Assembly (NCBI GenBank): GCA_965213675.1
Contig: CBDCAF010000016.1
Location: forward strand, 8,871-72,870
Length of the DNA stretch: 64,000 bases
From: an uncultured Candidatus Binatia bacterium
GTDB lineage: Bacteria; Desulfobacterota; Binatia; UBA9968; JAJDTQ01
Direction of reading: 5' to 3'
The translations under genes and the position numbers were made by a program. Below the pieces are notes generated by a model. That model was not told the DNA's origin, did no database searches, and saw only the letters and a list, made by a program, of their open reading frames with translations. This document shows, piece after piece, positions 19,424 through 27,245 of this stretch (its first letter is position 1; the number at the start of each line of letters is the position of its first letter).

Positions 19424-21153
19424 ACGCCGAACGCTTGCTAGCCCTGTATGATCGGGTGGCGGAAGCGCCCGACGCCATTCCCCGCCTGCGTCGTTTCGTG
19501 CTCGACCTCGCTGTGCGAGGAAGACTGTTGGCGCAGGATCTGGCGGATGAACCGGCAGCGGAGTTGCTCAAGAGAATAGCGGAGGAAAAAGCACGACTGA
19601 GAGTTCGGCACCATGTCAAACCGCTCGCCGCGCAGGAAATCCCGTTTGTTCTTCCTGCGGGTTGGCTTTGGAACCGGCTCGGGGAGCTTTGCACCAAAAC
19701 CGGTTCTGGTAGTACCCCACGCGGTGGCAAAAGCGTATACAAGGACAATGGAATTCTGTTTCTTCGTTCTCAAAATGTGTATGACGACTGCCTGCGACTC
19801 GACGAAGTAGCCCGAATTGAACCTGGCGTTCACGCTCGTATGGCGGGGACCGCTGTCCAACCGAGAGACCTTCTCCTGAACATAACTGGTGGTTCCATGG
19901 GTCGGTGCTGTCGCGTACCTGACGAGTTTGGGAAGGCCAACCTTAACCAGCACGTCGCCATAATCCGCCCAGCAGTTCTCGAAATGGCCGACTTTCTTCA
20001 TAAACTCGTGCTGTCACCCTACTTCCAGTCCTTCATCGTCGATGAACAGACCGGCGCGGGACGCGGTGGCCTCCCGAAGAACAAAATGGATCGGATAGCT
20101 GTCGCGGTCCCACCCCTCGCCGAACAGCATCGCATCGTCGCCAAGGTCGATGAACTCATGACCCTCTGCGACGAATTGGAAGAAGCCCGTGCCACACGCG
20201 CGGAGACCCGCGACCGGCTGACCAAATCTAGTCTTGGCCGCTTGAGTGCACCTGAAGCGGATGATGAGACTCTTCGCTCCCACGCTCGTTTCGCCATCGA
20301 TGCCTTCCCCGCACATACAGCGCGTATCAACCAAATCAAACACCTTCGCCAAGTCATCTTCGACCTCGCCGTGCGAGGCAAACTAGTAGAGCAGGATCCG
20401 GCGGACGAACCGGCGGCGGAGTTGCTGGAACGGATAGCGGTGGAGAAGGCGAGACTGGTGAAGGCGTGCACGACTGGAATGCCGAAAGCTTCGGTACAGG
20501 CTGACTGCGATGATTTGCCGTTTTTTCTTCCCAGAGGTTGGACTTGGACGCAGATCGCAGAACTTGGCTTGATTAGTCCGCGCAATGATTTTGCCGACGA
20601 TCATGTGGCGTCCTTCGTTCCGATGCCTTTGATTCCGCGAGATTGGCGTGCTTCCAATACTCATCAGACTCGCCCGTGGGGCGAGATAAAGAGGGGTTAC
20701 ACTCATTTCGCTGACGGAGACGTTGCGCTGGCGAAGATCACGCCATGCTTTGAGAATGGCAAGTCCGTCGTTTTCCGCGATCTGACAGGTGGCGTCGGGA
20801 GCGGCACGACCGAGCTTCATGTTGTCCGCCCCATCTGTATGGACGCGGACTACATCCTGCTGTTTCTAAAGACCCCATTTTTCATTGAGACTGGCGTCAC
20901 GAGAATGACTGGTACAGCGGGCCAAAAACGCGTGCCAAGAGATCACTTCGCAAACTCACCGTTTCCCCTCCCACCCCTAGCCGAACAGCATCGCATCGTC
21001 GCCAAGGTCGATGAACTCATGACCCTCTGCGACCGTCTGGATACACGTCTTGCTGCAACAGCCTCCGCTCACCAGCGCCTCCTCGAATCTCTGCTTCGGG
21101 AATCACTGGCGCCCACCGCAAATTTACTTGAGGCACTTGAGGAAGCCAAATAA
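19420..21153 (+). CDS. hsdS: Type I R-M specificity subunit
   Basis: Two target-recognition domains, each followed by the identical conserved helix PPLAEQHRIVAKVDELMTLCD. Duplicated N-terminal/central helical regions. Confidence 0.9.
   Translation: MNAERLLALYDRVAEAPDAIPRLRRFVLDLAVRGRLLAQDLADEPAAELLKRIAEEKARLRVRHHVKPLAAQEIPFVLPAGWLWNRLGELCTKTGSGSTPRGGKSVYKDNGILFLRSQNVYDDCLRLDEVARIEPGVHARMAGTAVQPRDLLLNITGGSMGRCCRVPDEFGKANLNQHVAIIRPAVLEMADFLHKLVLSPYFQSFIVDEQTGAGRGGLPKNKMDRIAVAVPPLAEQHRIVAKVDELMTLCDELEEARATRAETRDRLTKSSLGRLSAPEADDETLRSHARFAIDAFPAHTARINQIKHLRQVIFDLAVRGKLVEQDPADEPAAELLERIAVEKARLVKACTTGMPKASVQADCDDLPFFLPRGWTWTQIAELGLISPRNDFADDHVASFVPMPLIPRDWRASNTHQTRPWGEIKRGYTHFADGDVALAKITPCFENGKSVVFRDLTGGVGSGTTELHVVRPICMDADYILLFLKTPFFIETGVTRMTGTAGQKRVPRDHFANSPFPLPPLAEQHRIVAKVDELMTLCDRLDTRLAATASAHQRLLESLLRESLAPTANLLEALEEAK
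20109..20172 (+). repeat. hsdS internal direct repeat, copy 1
   Basis: 64 nt, identical to 20970-21033 except for one mismatch. The last 54 nt are perfect. Confidence 0.95.
20970..21033 (+). repeat. hsdS internal direct repeat, copy 2
   Basis: See copy 1. Encodes the second PPLAEQHRIVAKVDELMTLCD helix. Confidence 0.95.
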
Positions 21154-21460
21154 GCCGTTGCTTCAGATCCTCAACGAGGTGGGTACGTTAACATGCCTCT
21201 GTCGGGTTGACGGCGATGGACGGACGTTCGGTGACCCCCCAAAGGGAACGAGGCATCCGGTACGCGTCGAGGACACGCATGCCACAGAGACTGGAGAGAC
21301 TCCCAAGGGAAGTGTAGCGGACAACTGTAAATGTCCCATTTGTGTCAATCGAAAATGTCCCACATAGAAGATTGCGAGGAGGTGTACGTCGGGCCAGTCT
21401 GTTGGCAAAAGCCAACAGGAATGGCGCGGCGAACCGATGCACGGATGGGAGACAAGGATG

Positions 21461-22642
21461 TTAGGGAAGATCTAAACAAGAGACCTTTCACATGTCATTA
21501 TGGCGAAAACGGCAGGGCATGGAGGGGGAACGATGAGACAGGCGAGCTTCGCGGAGCTGGAACATGATGGGAAGAAGCGTCGGACGCGGCGGGAGGAGTT
21601 TTTGGAGAAGATGGAGGGGCTGATACCGTGGAGGCGTCTGGAGAAGCGGATAGAGGCATTTTAGCCGAAGGCGGGACGTGGACGGCGGCCGGACCCGTTG
21701 GGGGTGATGCTGCGGGTGCACTGTGTGCAGTTGTTCTACAACCTGAGCGACCCTGGGATGGAAGACCTTTTATACGAGGTGGAGTCGGTGCGGCGCTTTG
21801 TGGGGCTGCGGCTTTCGGGACCATTGCCGGACGAGACAACGATCCTGAATTTTCGTCACCTGCTGGAGGAGCACGGACTGGGGGAGAAGCTGTTCGAGGA
21901 GATCAACGCGCACTTGGCCTCGTTGGGGCGGCGGTTGAAGACGGGGACGATCGTGGACGCGAGCATCATCGCGGCGCCGTCATCGACGAAGAACCTCAAG
22001 GGGGAGCGGGACCCTGAGATGCACCAGACGAAGAAGGGGAAGCAGTGGTACTTCGGGATGAAGGCGCATATCGGAGTGGACGCGGAGTCGGGGTTGACAC
22101 ACAGCCTGGAGACGACGCCGGCCAACGTGTCGGACGTGGCGACGGCGCACGCGCTACGGCACGGGGACGAGGAGCAGGTGTGGGGACACGGGCTACCAGG
22201 GGGTGGGCAAGCGTGAGGAGAACCGGGACGCGCAGGTGGACTGGCAGGTGGCGATGAAGCCGGGCCAGCGCCGGAAGCTGGAGAAGATCGGACCGGAAGA
22301 AGCGGCGGAGAAGCGCAAGGCGTCGGTGCGGGCCAAGGTGGAGCATCCCTTTCTGTACGTGAAGCGCCACTTCGGCTACGCCAAGGTGCGCTACCGCGGG
22401 CTGTGGAAGAACACCCAGCGCATCGCCGTACTGCTCGGGTTCACCAATCTGCTCATCGCAGGGCGCTACGCTTGAGGTCCTGAGGCGGGACCGGTCCGCC
22501 CGCTGCGGCAAGGGAGGGCGAAATACCTGCGGTTTGGTCATAAAACGAGGCCCCGGAACCCTTATCCCCGGTCCCGGGGGTTGAACTGTTCGGACGTTTT
22601 CCCCGCGCCCACCAAAATCGAGGTTGTTAAGACTTTCCCTAA
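21461..22642 (+). mobile_element. Decayed IS5-family insertion sequence (about 1.18 kb)
   Basis: Imperfect terminal inverted repeats: TTAGGGAAGATCTAAACAAG (21461-21480) against the reverse complement of 22623-22642, TTAGGGAAAGTCTTAACAAC (16/20). They enclose an IS5-type DDE transposase reading frame. Confidence 0.7.
21533..22475 (+). pseudogene. IS5-family transposase pseudogene
   Basis: In-frame TAG at 21662-21664, where homologues have Tyr (..[13 protein letters not shown]..). A +1 frameshift near 22170-22190 lies just before GDTGYQGV. The C-terminal AKVEHPF...KVRYRGL is typical of IS5. Confidence 0.8.
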
Positions 22643-22667
22643 AGCAGTGGAAAGCCGTGCATAATCG

Positions 22668-22757
22668 GCGTTCCCCGCACACGCGGGGATGAACCGCGGA
22701 AACCGTGTCGCTGAATGAGCCCCGTCCCGTGATCGCCGAACACTCAGGGTGACCCGC
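22668..22757 (+). CRISPR. Vestigial type I-E-like CRISPR: one intact repeat, one 32-nt spacer, one degenerate repeat
   Basis: GCGTTCCCCGCACACGCGGGGATGAACCG (22668-22696) matches the E. coli I-E repeat GAGTTCCCCGCGCCAGCGGGGATAAACCG at 24/29, with the stem conserved. Exactly 32 nt later, 22729-22757 matches the first repeat at 16/29. No cas genes in the window. Confidence 0.55.
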
Positions 22758-22956
22758 CGAAAATGCTGTTAGACACTGATGCCGTTGACAGACACTGTTT
22801 ATTGAGGCGGTCCTGGATGGCAGACGCGGATCGATCAAGCGCTTCAGGAATGGGTCGCGACACATCGCCGCGCGTGATCCTCTGGATCGGCCACCCACTT
22901 CAGCCGGACTCGCCTGCCCGTTTCCGGCGCCATAGACACCAGGCACAGGAGCAATC

Positions 22957-25173
22957 ATGGATCTCAAGGTCGTAGGGCAACCGGTAGGGCGCGTAGAGGG
23001 TCCGGACAAGGTTTCCGGGCGGATGGTGTACACGGCGGACGTGGACGTGCCGGAAGCGCTGTGGGGCAAGTGCTTGCGCAGCACGCTGGCGCATGCACGG
23101 CTAGTGCGGGTGGACGCATCGCGGGCGCGGCAGGTGCCGGGGGTGCGGGCGGTGCTGACGGGGGCGGACGTGCCGGATTTCCGCGTGGGCGTGAGCCTGC
23201 AGGATCTGCCGGTGCTGGCGCGGGACAAAGTACGCTTCATCGGCGACAAGATCGCGGCGGTGGCCGCGGACACCCTCGACGCGGCGGAGGAAGCGCTGGG
23301 GCTCATCAAGGTGGAATACGAAGAGTTGCCCGCGGCGGCGGACATTGAGGAGGCTCTCGCCGACGGGGCTCCGGTGATCCACGAGGAGCTGGCGGACTAT
23401 GCGGGCGTTCCCGGCCGGCCGGAAGAACGGCCCAACGCGCTTTCTCTCAAAGAGCACACAGCCGGCGATGCGGCGCGGGGGATGGCGGAGGCGGAGGTGG
23501 TCGTGGAGCACACCTTTCGCACGCCGGGGGTGCACCAGGTCTACCTGGAGCCCCACGCCACGGTGGTGTCGGCGGCGGACGACGGGCGCATCGACGTATG
23601 GGCGTCGTGCAAGGCGCCGTTCCGGCTCAAGCAGATGCTGGCGGCGCAACTGGCGTTGGAAGAGGCGAACATCCACGTGCATGGCGTGGCCCTGGGTGGA
23701 GACTTCGGCGGCAAGGGCTCCCAGATGGACGTGCCGGTCTGTTACTACCTCGCCAAGGCCGCGGGGCGCCCGGTGAGGATGGTGATGAACTACACCGAGG
23801 AGTTGATGGCCGGCGACCCGCGCCACGGCTCGGTGATGCGCGTCAAGCTCGGGGCGAAGCGCGACGGCGCCCTGGTGGCCCTGGACAGCGACATCGACTT
23901 CGACAGCGGCGCCTACTCGGGCTTCAAGCCCTCGGAAATCGACGGCACGTTCATCGTCAATGCCTACCGTATCCCCCACTACGCCATCCGCACGCGCAAC
24001 GTCTACACCAACAGCGTGCCCGGCGGCTACATGAAGTCGCCGGGGCAGCCTCAGACCGTGTTCGCCATCGAGTCGCTGCTGGACATGCTGGCGCGGAAAC
24101 TCGACATGGACCCGGTGGCGCTCCGGCTGAAGAACCTGATGCAGGACGGCGACACGTTGCCCAACAAGCGCGGCATGCAGAAGATCCGCTGCCGCGAAAC
24201 CATCGAGGCCGCGCTCGAGGCGGCGGGCTGGAACGACGTTCCCGCCAGCCCGGACACCGGCCGGGGCATGGCCCTCTCCTTTCGCCACACCGGCGGCAGC
24301 GGCACCGTGAACCTGGAGCTGACCTGCGACGCCAGCGGCGGGGTCACGGTGCTCACCGCCATCCCCGACATCGGCACCGGCACGCATACCTTGCTGCGCC
24401 AGATCACCGCGGAGATGCTGACCTTGCCGGCGGACCGGGTGCAGGTGGCGCGCGGCGACACCGATACCTTTGACACCGATGCCGAACCCGGCGGCAGCAA
24501 GATCACCGCCATGGTGGGGCGCGGCCTGGTGGAAGCGGTGGAGGAGCTGCGCCACCGGATGACGGAGGCCGCCGCCCAGGCCCTCGGCTGCCGGCCCGAG
24601 GCGGTGACCCTGGCGGACGGCCGCTTCAGCGCCAGCGGCGCGGCCCTGGCCTTCGCCGACGTGGCCGGAAAACTCATCGCCGAAGACAAGGCGCTGTCGG
24701 TGCACAAGTCCTACCGGCCCGAGCGCTCGCCCGTGCCGGCGTTCTTCGTGCAAGTGGCAGAGGTCGCGGTGGACCGGGAGACCGGCGTCGTGGACGTGAA
24801 GAAAGTGGTGACCGCCCACGACGTCGGCACGATCATCAACCCCCTGGGCCACCAGGGACAGATCGACGGCGGCTTCGTGCAGGGGCTGGGCTACGCGGTC
24901 ATGGAGGAGATGGTCAAGGACGGGCCGCGGGTCACCACCCTCAACCTCGGCGACTACTGCGTGCCGTGCGTGAAGGACCTGCCGCAGCTCGAGACCGTGC
25001 TGGTGGAGGACCAGACCGGCCCCGGTCCCTACAACGCCAAGGCCATTGGGGAAATGAGCATCGTGCCCACGGCCCCGGCCATCGCCAACGCGGTGGAGGC
25101 CGCGGTGGGGATACGCATTCTCGATCTGCCCATCACGGCGGAGAAGGTGTTCAACGCGTTGCGGGACAGGTGA
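22957..25173 (+). CDS. Xanthine dehydrogenase/aldehyde oxidase family molybdopterin-binding large subunit (CoxL-like)
   Basis: 738 aa. The N-terminus VGQPVGRVEGPDKVSGRMVYTADV is typical of the family, with a/b-hammerhead and MoCo-binding domains throughout. Confidence 0.85.
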   Translation: MDLKVVGQPVGRVEGPDKVSGRMVYTADVDVPEALWGKCLRSTLAHARLVRVDASRARQVPGVRAVLTGADVPDFRVGVSLQDLPVLARDKVRFIGDKIAAVAADTLDAAEEALGLIKVEYEELPAAADIEEALADGAPVIHEELADYAGVPGRPEERPNALSLKEHTAGDAARGMAEAEVVVEHTFRTPGVHQVYLEPHATVVSAADDGRIDVWASCKAPFRLKQMLAAQLALEEANIHVHGVALGGDFGGKGSQMDVPVCYYLAKAAGRPVRMVMNYTEELMAGDPRHGSVMRVKLGAKRDGALVALDSDIDFDSGAYSGFKPSEIDGTFIVNAYRIPHYAIRTRNVYTNSVPGGYMKSPGQPQTVFAIESLLDMLARKLDMDPVALRLKNLMQDGDTLPNKRGMQKIRCRETIEAALEAAGWNDVPASPDTGRGMALSFRHTGGSGTVNLELTCDASGGVTVLTAIPDIGTGTHTLLRQITAEMLTLPADRVQVARGDTDTFDTDAEPGGSKITAMVGRGLVEAVEELRHRMTEAAAQALGCRPEAVTLADGRFSASGAALAFADVAGKLIAEDKALSVHKSYRPERSPVPAFFVQVAEVAVDRETGVVDVKKVVTAHDVGTIINPLGHQGQIDGGFVQGLGYAVMEEMVKDGPRVTTLNLGDYCVPCVKDLPQLETVLVEDQTGPGPYNAKAIGEMSIVPTAPAIANAVEAAVGIRILDLPITAEKVFNALRDR

Positions 25174-25328
25174 ACGGGCGCCCAACGTACGCCGATTCCC
25201 GCTTTCGCGAGAATGACGATTCCGGGGGTCGCTCCCTCTTCCGGATGGTGTTTTGACACAGCCTGTTTCGCCGGAGTGACGGAAAGGGCGCGGGAACGAT
25301 GATCCGAAGGGTTCGTCGCGGTAACGTC

Positions 25329-25976
25329 CTACGACTTGGGCCAGGACGTGATCTGCGATTCAGGGCGCAGCTTGCTCCGGTCGTAGGTTTCCCAGTGGAC
25401 GAAGTCGTCGACCTTGCGGCGCGGCTTGGGCTTGGGCCAGGCGCGCGGCCGCCCCACGGGCATCACCCAGAGCAGGCGCAGCGGACGCGGCACCTCGAAC
25501 AGCGCGCGCAGTTCCGGCTCCACCTCCTTGCGCACCGAGACCCACACCGTGCCGAAGCCCATGGTCGCGGCGGCCAGCATCATGTGTTCCACCGCGTTGG
25601 CCACGTTGGCCTGGAAGAGCTTCTCCCGATCCGACGGCTGACGCGTGGTGAGATAGACCCGCCGGGTGCGGGCGTCGCCGCACACCAGGACCAAGGCGTT
25701 CACGTCGCCCACGTAATCCTTCTTGAGACCCTTGTAGTTCACCGGGTCCTCGCGCTTGCGCTGATTCCACTCGGCGGAATAGATGGCCCGCACCTTGCGC
25801 ATCCTGGCCCGGTCGCGGGTCACGATGAACTCCCATGGCTGGCTGTTGGCCCCGGACGGTGCAAGCCGGGCCGCCTCGAACATGAACGCAAGCTGCTCGT
25901 CGGTGATCCGCCCGCTCCGGTAGACGCGCACACTTCGCCGCGCCGCCATCACTTCCAGCAGTTCCTGTATTTCCAT
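25329..25976 (-). CDS. Nitroreductase family protein
   Basis: RRSVRVY N-terminal motif and a nitroreductase fold sequence. Start at MEIQELL (ATG 25976). Confidence 0.8.
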   Translation of the reverse strand: MEIQELLEVMAARRSVRVYRSGRITDEQLAFMFEAARLAPSGANSQPWEFIVTRDRARMRKVRAIYSAEWNQRKREDPVNYKGLKKDYVGDVNALVLVCGDARTRRVYLTTRQPSDREKLFQANVANAVEHMMLAAATMGFGTVWVSVRKEVEPELRALFEVPRPLRLLWVMPVGRPRAWPKPKPRRKVDDFVHWETYDRSKLRPESQITSWPKS

Positions 25977-26097
25977 CGCGGTGTCCCTTCTCTCCAACCC
26001 TGAAAACATCCTGCGAACGATTCAAGCGGGCTTCCATTCCACCTTCAAACACAAGATGGCATCCTTGGCCACCCTGTGATACTTCTGCCGCAAGACC

Positions 26098-26949
26098 ATG
26101 ATCCACGTTGTCGGAATCGTCGCGAAGTACGGAGAGGAGAAGGCCGAGACGATCATGCGCGGGACCATACCGTGGCTGGAGGGCCGCGGCATGGAGGTGC
26201 TCGTCGAGGCGGAGTACGGCGCCGTGGGCGGAAACGTCGCGCGCAAGGGGGAGATGGCCGAACGCGCCGACCTGATCGTCGTCCTGGGCGGAGATGGCAC
26301 GCTCCTGAGCATTGCCCGGCTGGTGGAACGGCCCGAGGTGCCCGTGGTGGGCGTGAACCTCGGGGGCCTCGGCTTCATTACCGAAATCGCGCTGGACGAA
26401 CTCGAAGAAGTCCTCACGAGCACCATCGCTGAGAACTACACCATCGAGAAACGCATGACCTTGCAGGTCAGCATCGAAGGCCAGGACGGCGTCCAGCACC
26501 TCCGTATCCTCAACGACGCGGTCATCACCAAGGGCGCCCGTTCCAAGATCATCAATCTGGAAACCTACGTCGGCAGCGATTACCTGTGCACCTACCGGGC
26601 CGACGGACTCATCATCTCCACGCCCACGGGATCGACGGCGTATTCGCTGGCCGCGGGAGGCCCGATTCTTCATCCGGCCATGAGCGCCATCATCCTCTGT
26701 CCCATCTGCCCGCACACGCTGACCACCAACCGGCCCATCGTCATCGCCAGCGACGCGCGCATCCGATCCACCCTGAGATCGTCCGGAGACACCGTCATCC
26801 TGATCCCCGACGGTCAGGAGGGAATCCTGTTGAACAACGGCGACCGCGTAGAGGTGCGCCGGCACAAGTCGCCGGTGTCGCTCGTGCGTATTCCCACGCG
26901 GTCGTATTTCGACGTACTCCGCAACAAACTCAAGTGGGGAGAGCGCTAG
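26098..26949 (+). CDS. nadK: NAD(+) kinase
   Basis: GGDGTLL motif and the NadK C-terminal domain (STPTGSTAYSLAAGGPI). The stop codon TAG lies inside the CTAG that bounds the adjacent MITE. Confidence 0.9.
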   Translation: MIHVVGIVAKYGEEKAETIMRGTIPWLEGRGMEVLVEAEYGAVGGNVARKGEMAERADLIVVLGGDGTLLSIARLVERPEVPVVGVNLGGLGFITEIALDELEEVLTSTIAENYTIEKRMTLQVSIEGQDGVQHLRILNDAVITKGARSKIINLETYVGSDYLCTYRADGLIISTPTGSTAYSLAAGGPILHPAMSAIILCPICPHTLTTNRPIVIASDARIRSTLRSSGDTVILIPDGQEGILLNNGDRVEVRRHKSPVSLVRIPTRSYFDVLRNKLKWGER

Positions 26950-27109
26950 TGTGGTGTCTGGTTAATTCGCGTCATAATCTGCGGAGGATTTTTTGTTGTC
27001 GGCAAGGCGCGATGACGAGCAGTGGCGGGTACCACGCGAGGAAGAGCAACGCAGCCGACGGCGAATAAGACCCGCAGATTATGCGCGAATTAACCAGACA
27101 CCACACTAG
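26946..27109. mobile_element. 164-bp MITE with 38/39-bp terminal inverted repeats, bounded by CTAG
   Basis: CTAGTGTGGTGTCTGGTTAATTCGCGTCATAATCTGCGG (26946-26984) against the inverted copy at 27072-27109 (one 1-nt indel). No coding capacity. Confidence 0.8.
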
Positions 27110-27245
27110 CCGTGACCGCCTCGCGTGACGCCGGGCACGTCAGGGGAGACAACAAGGCCGCCCTGCTGGTGCGCTACAGCCGCAGGTTCTGAGGCGGGCG
27201 TGGATCGCGCCCGGACCGGGAACTCGGGCTCGGACGGTGAAAAGG

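Noticed and set aside
19420-21153. Phase-variable hsdS shufflon.
   Set aside because: There is only one hsdS, with no silent hsdS' cassettes, no inverted repeats in opposite-orientation genes and no adjacent recombinase. Only direct repeats are present; they are reported separately.
13819-21368. R-M island as cargo of a Tn7-like, CAST-like or Mu-like transposon, suggested by the TGT-terminated tandem sites at 21318-21368 and the nearby CRISPR repeat.
   Set aside because: There are no tnsABC, tniABQ or other transposase genes in the interval and no matching inverted left end. The CRISPR relic lies outside the putative end. This is kept only as a low-interest motif observation.
21154-21460. 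Small ORFs between hsdS and the IS (105 aa, 81 aa, 84 aa), considered as possible cas2 or transposase remnants.
   Set aside because: They have no recognisable motifs, no RBS and mutually overlapping frames. The region is better treated as non-coding, a former leader or spacer.
25195-25214. REP-like hairpin ATTCCCGCTTTCGCGAGAAT after the CoxL-like gene; translated on the other strand it gives the familiar '..ILAKAGI..' pseudo-peptide.
   Set aside because: There is a single copy in the window. It is most simply a terminator or REP hairpin, and family status cannot be assessed without the genome.
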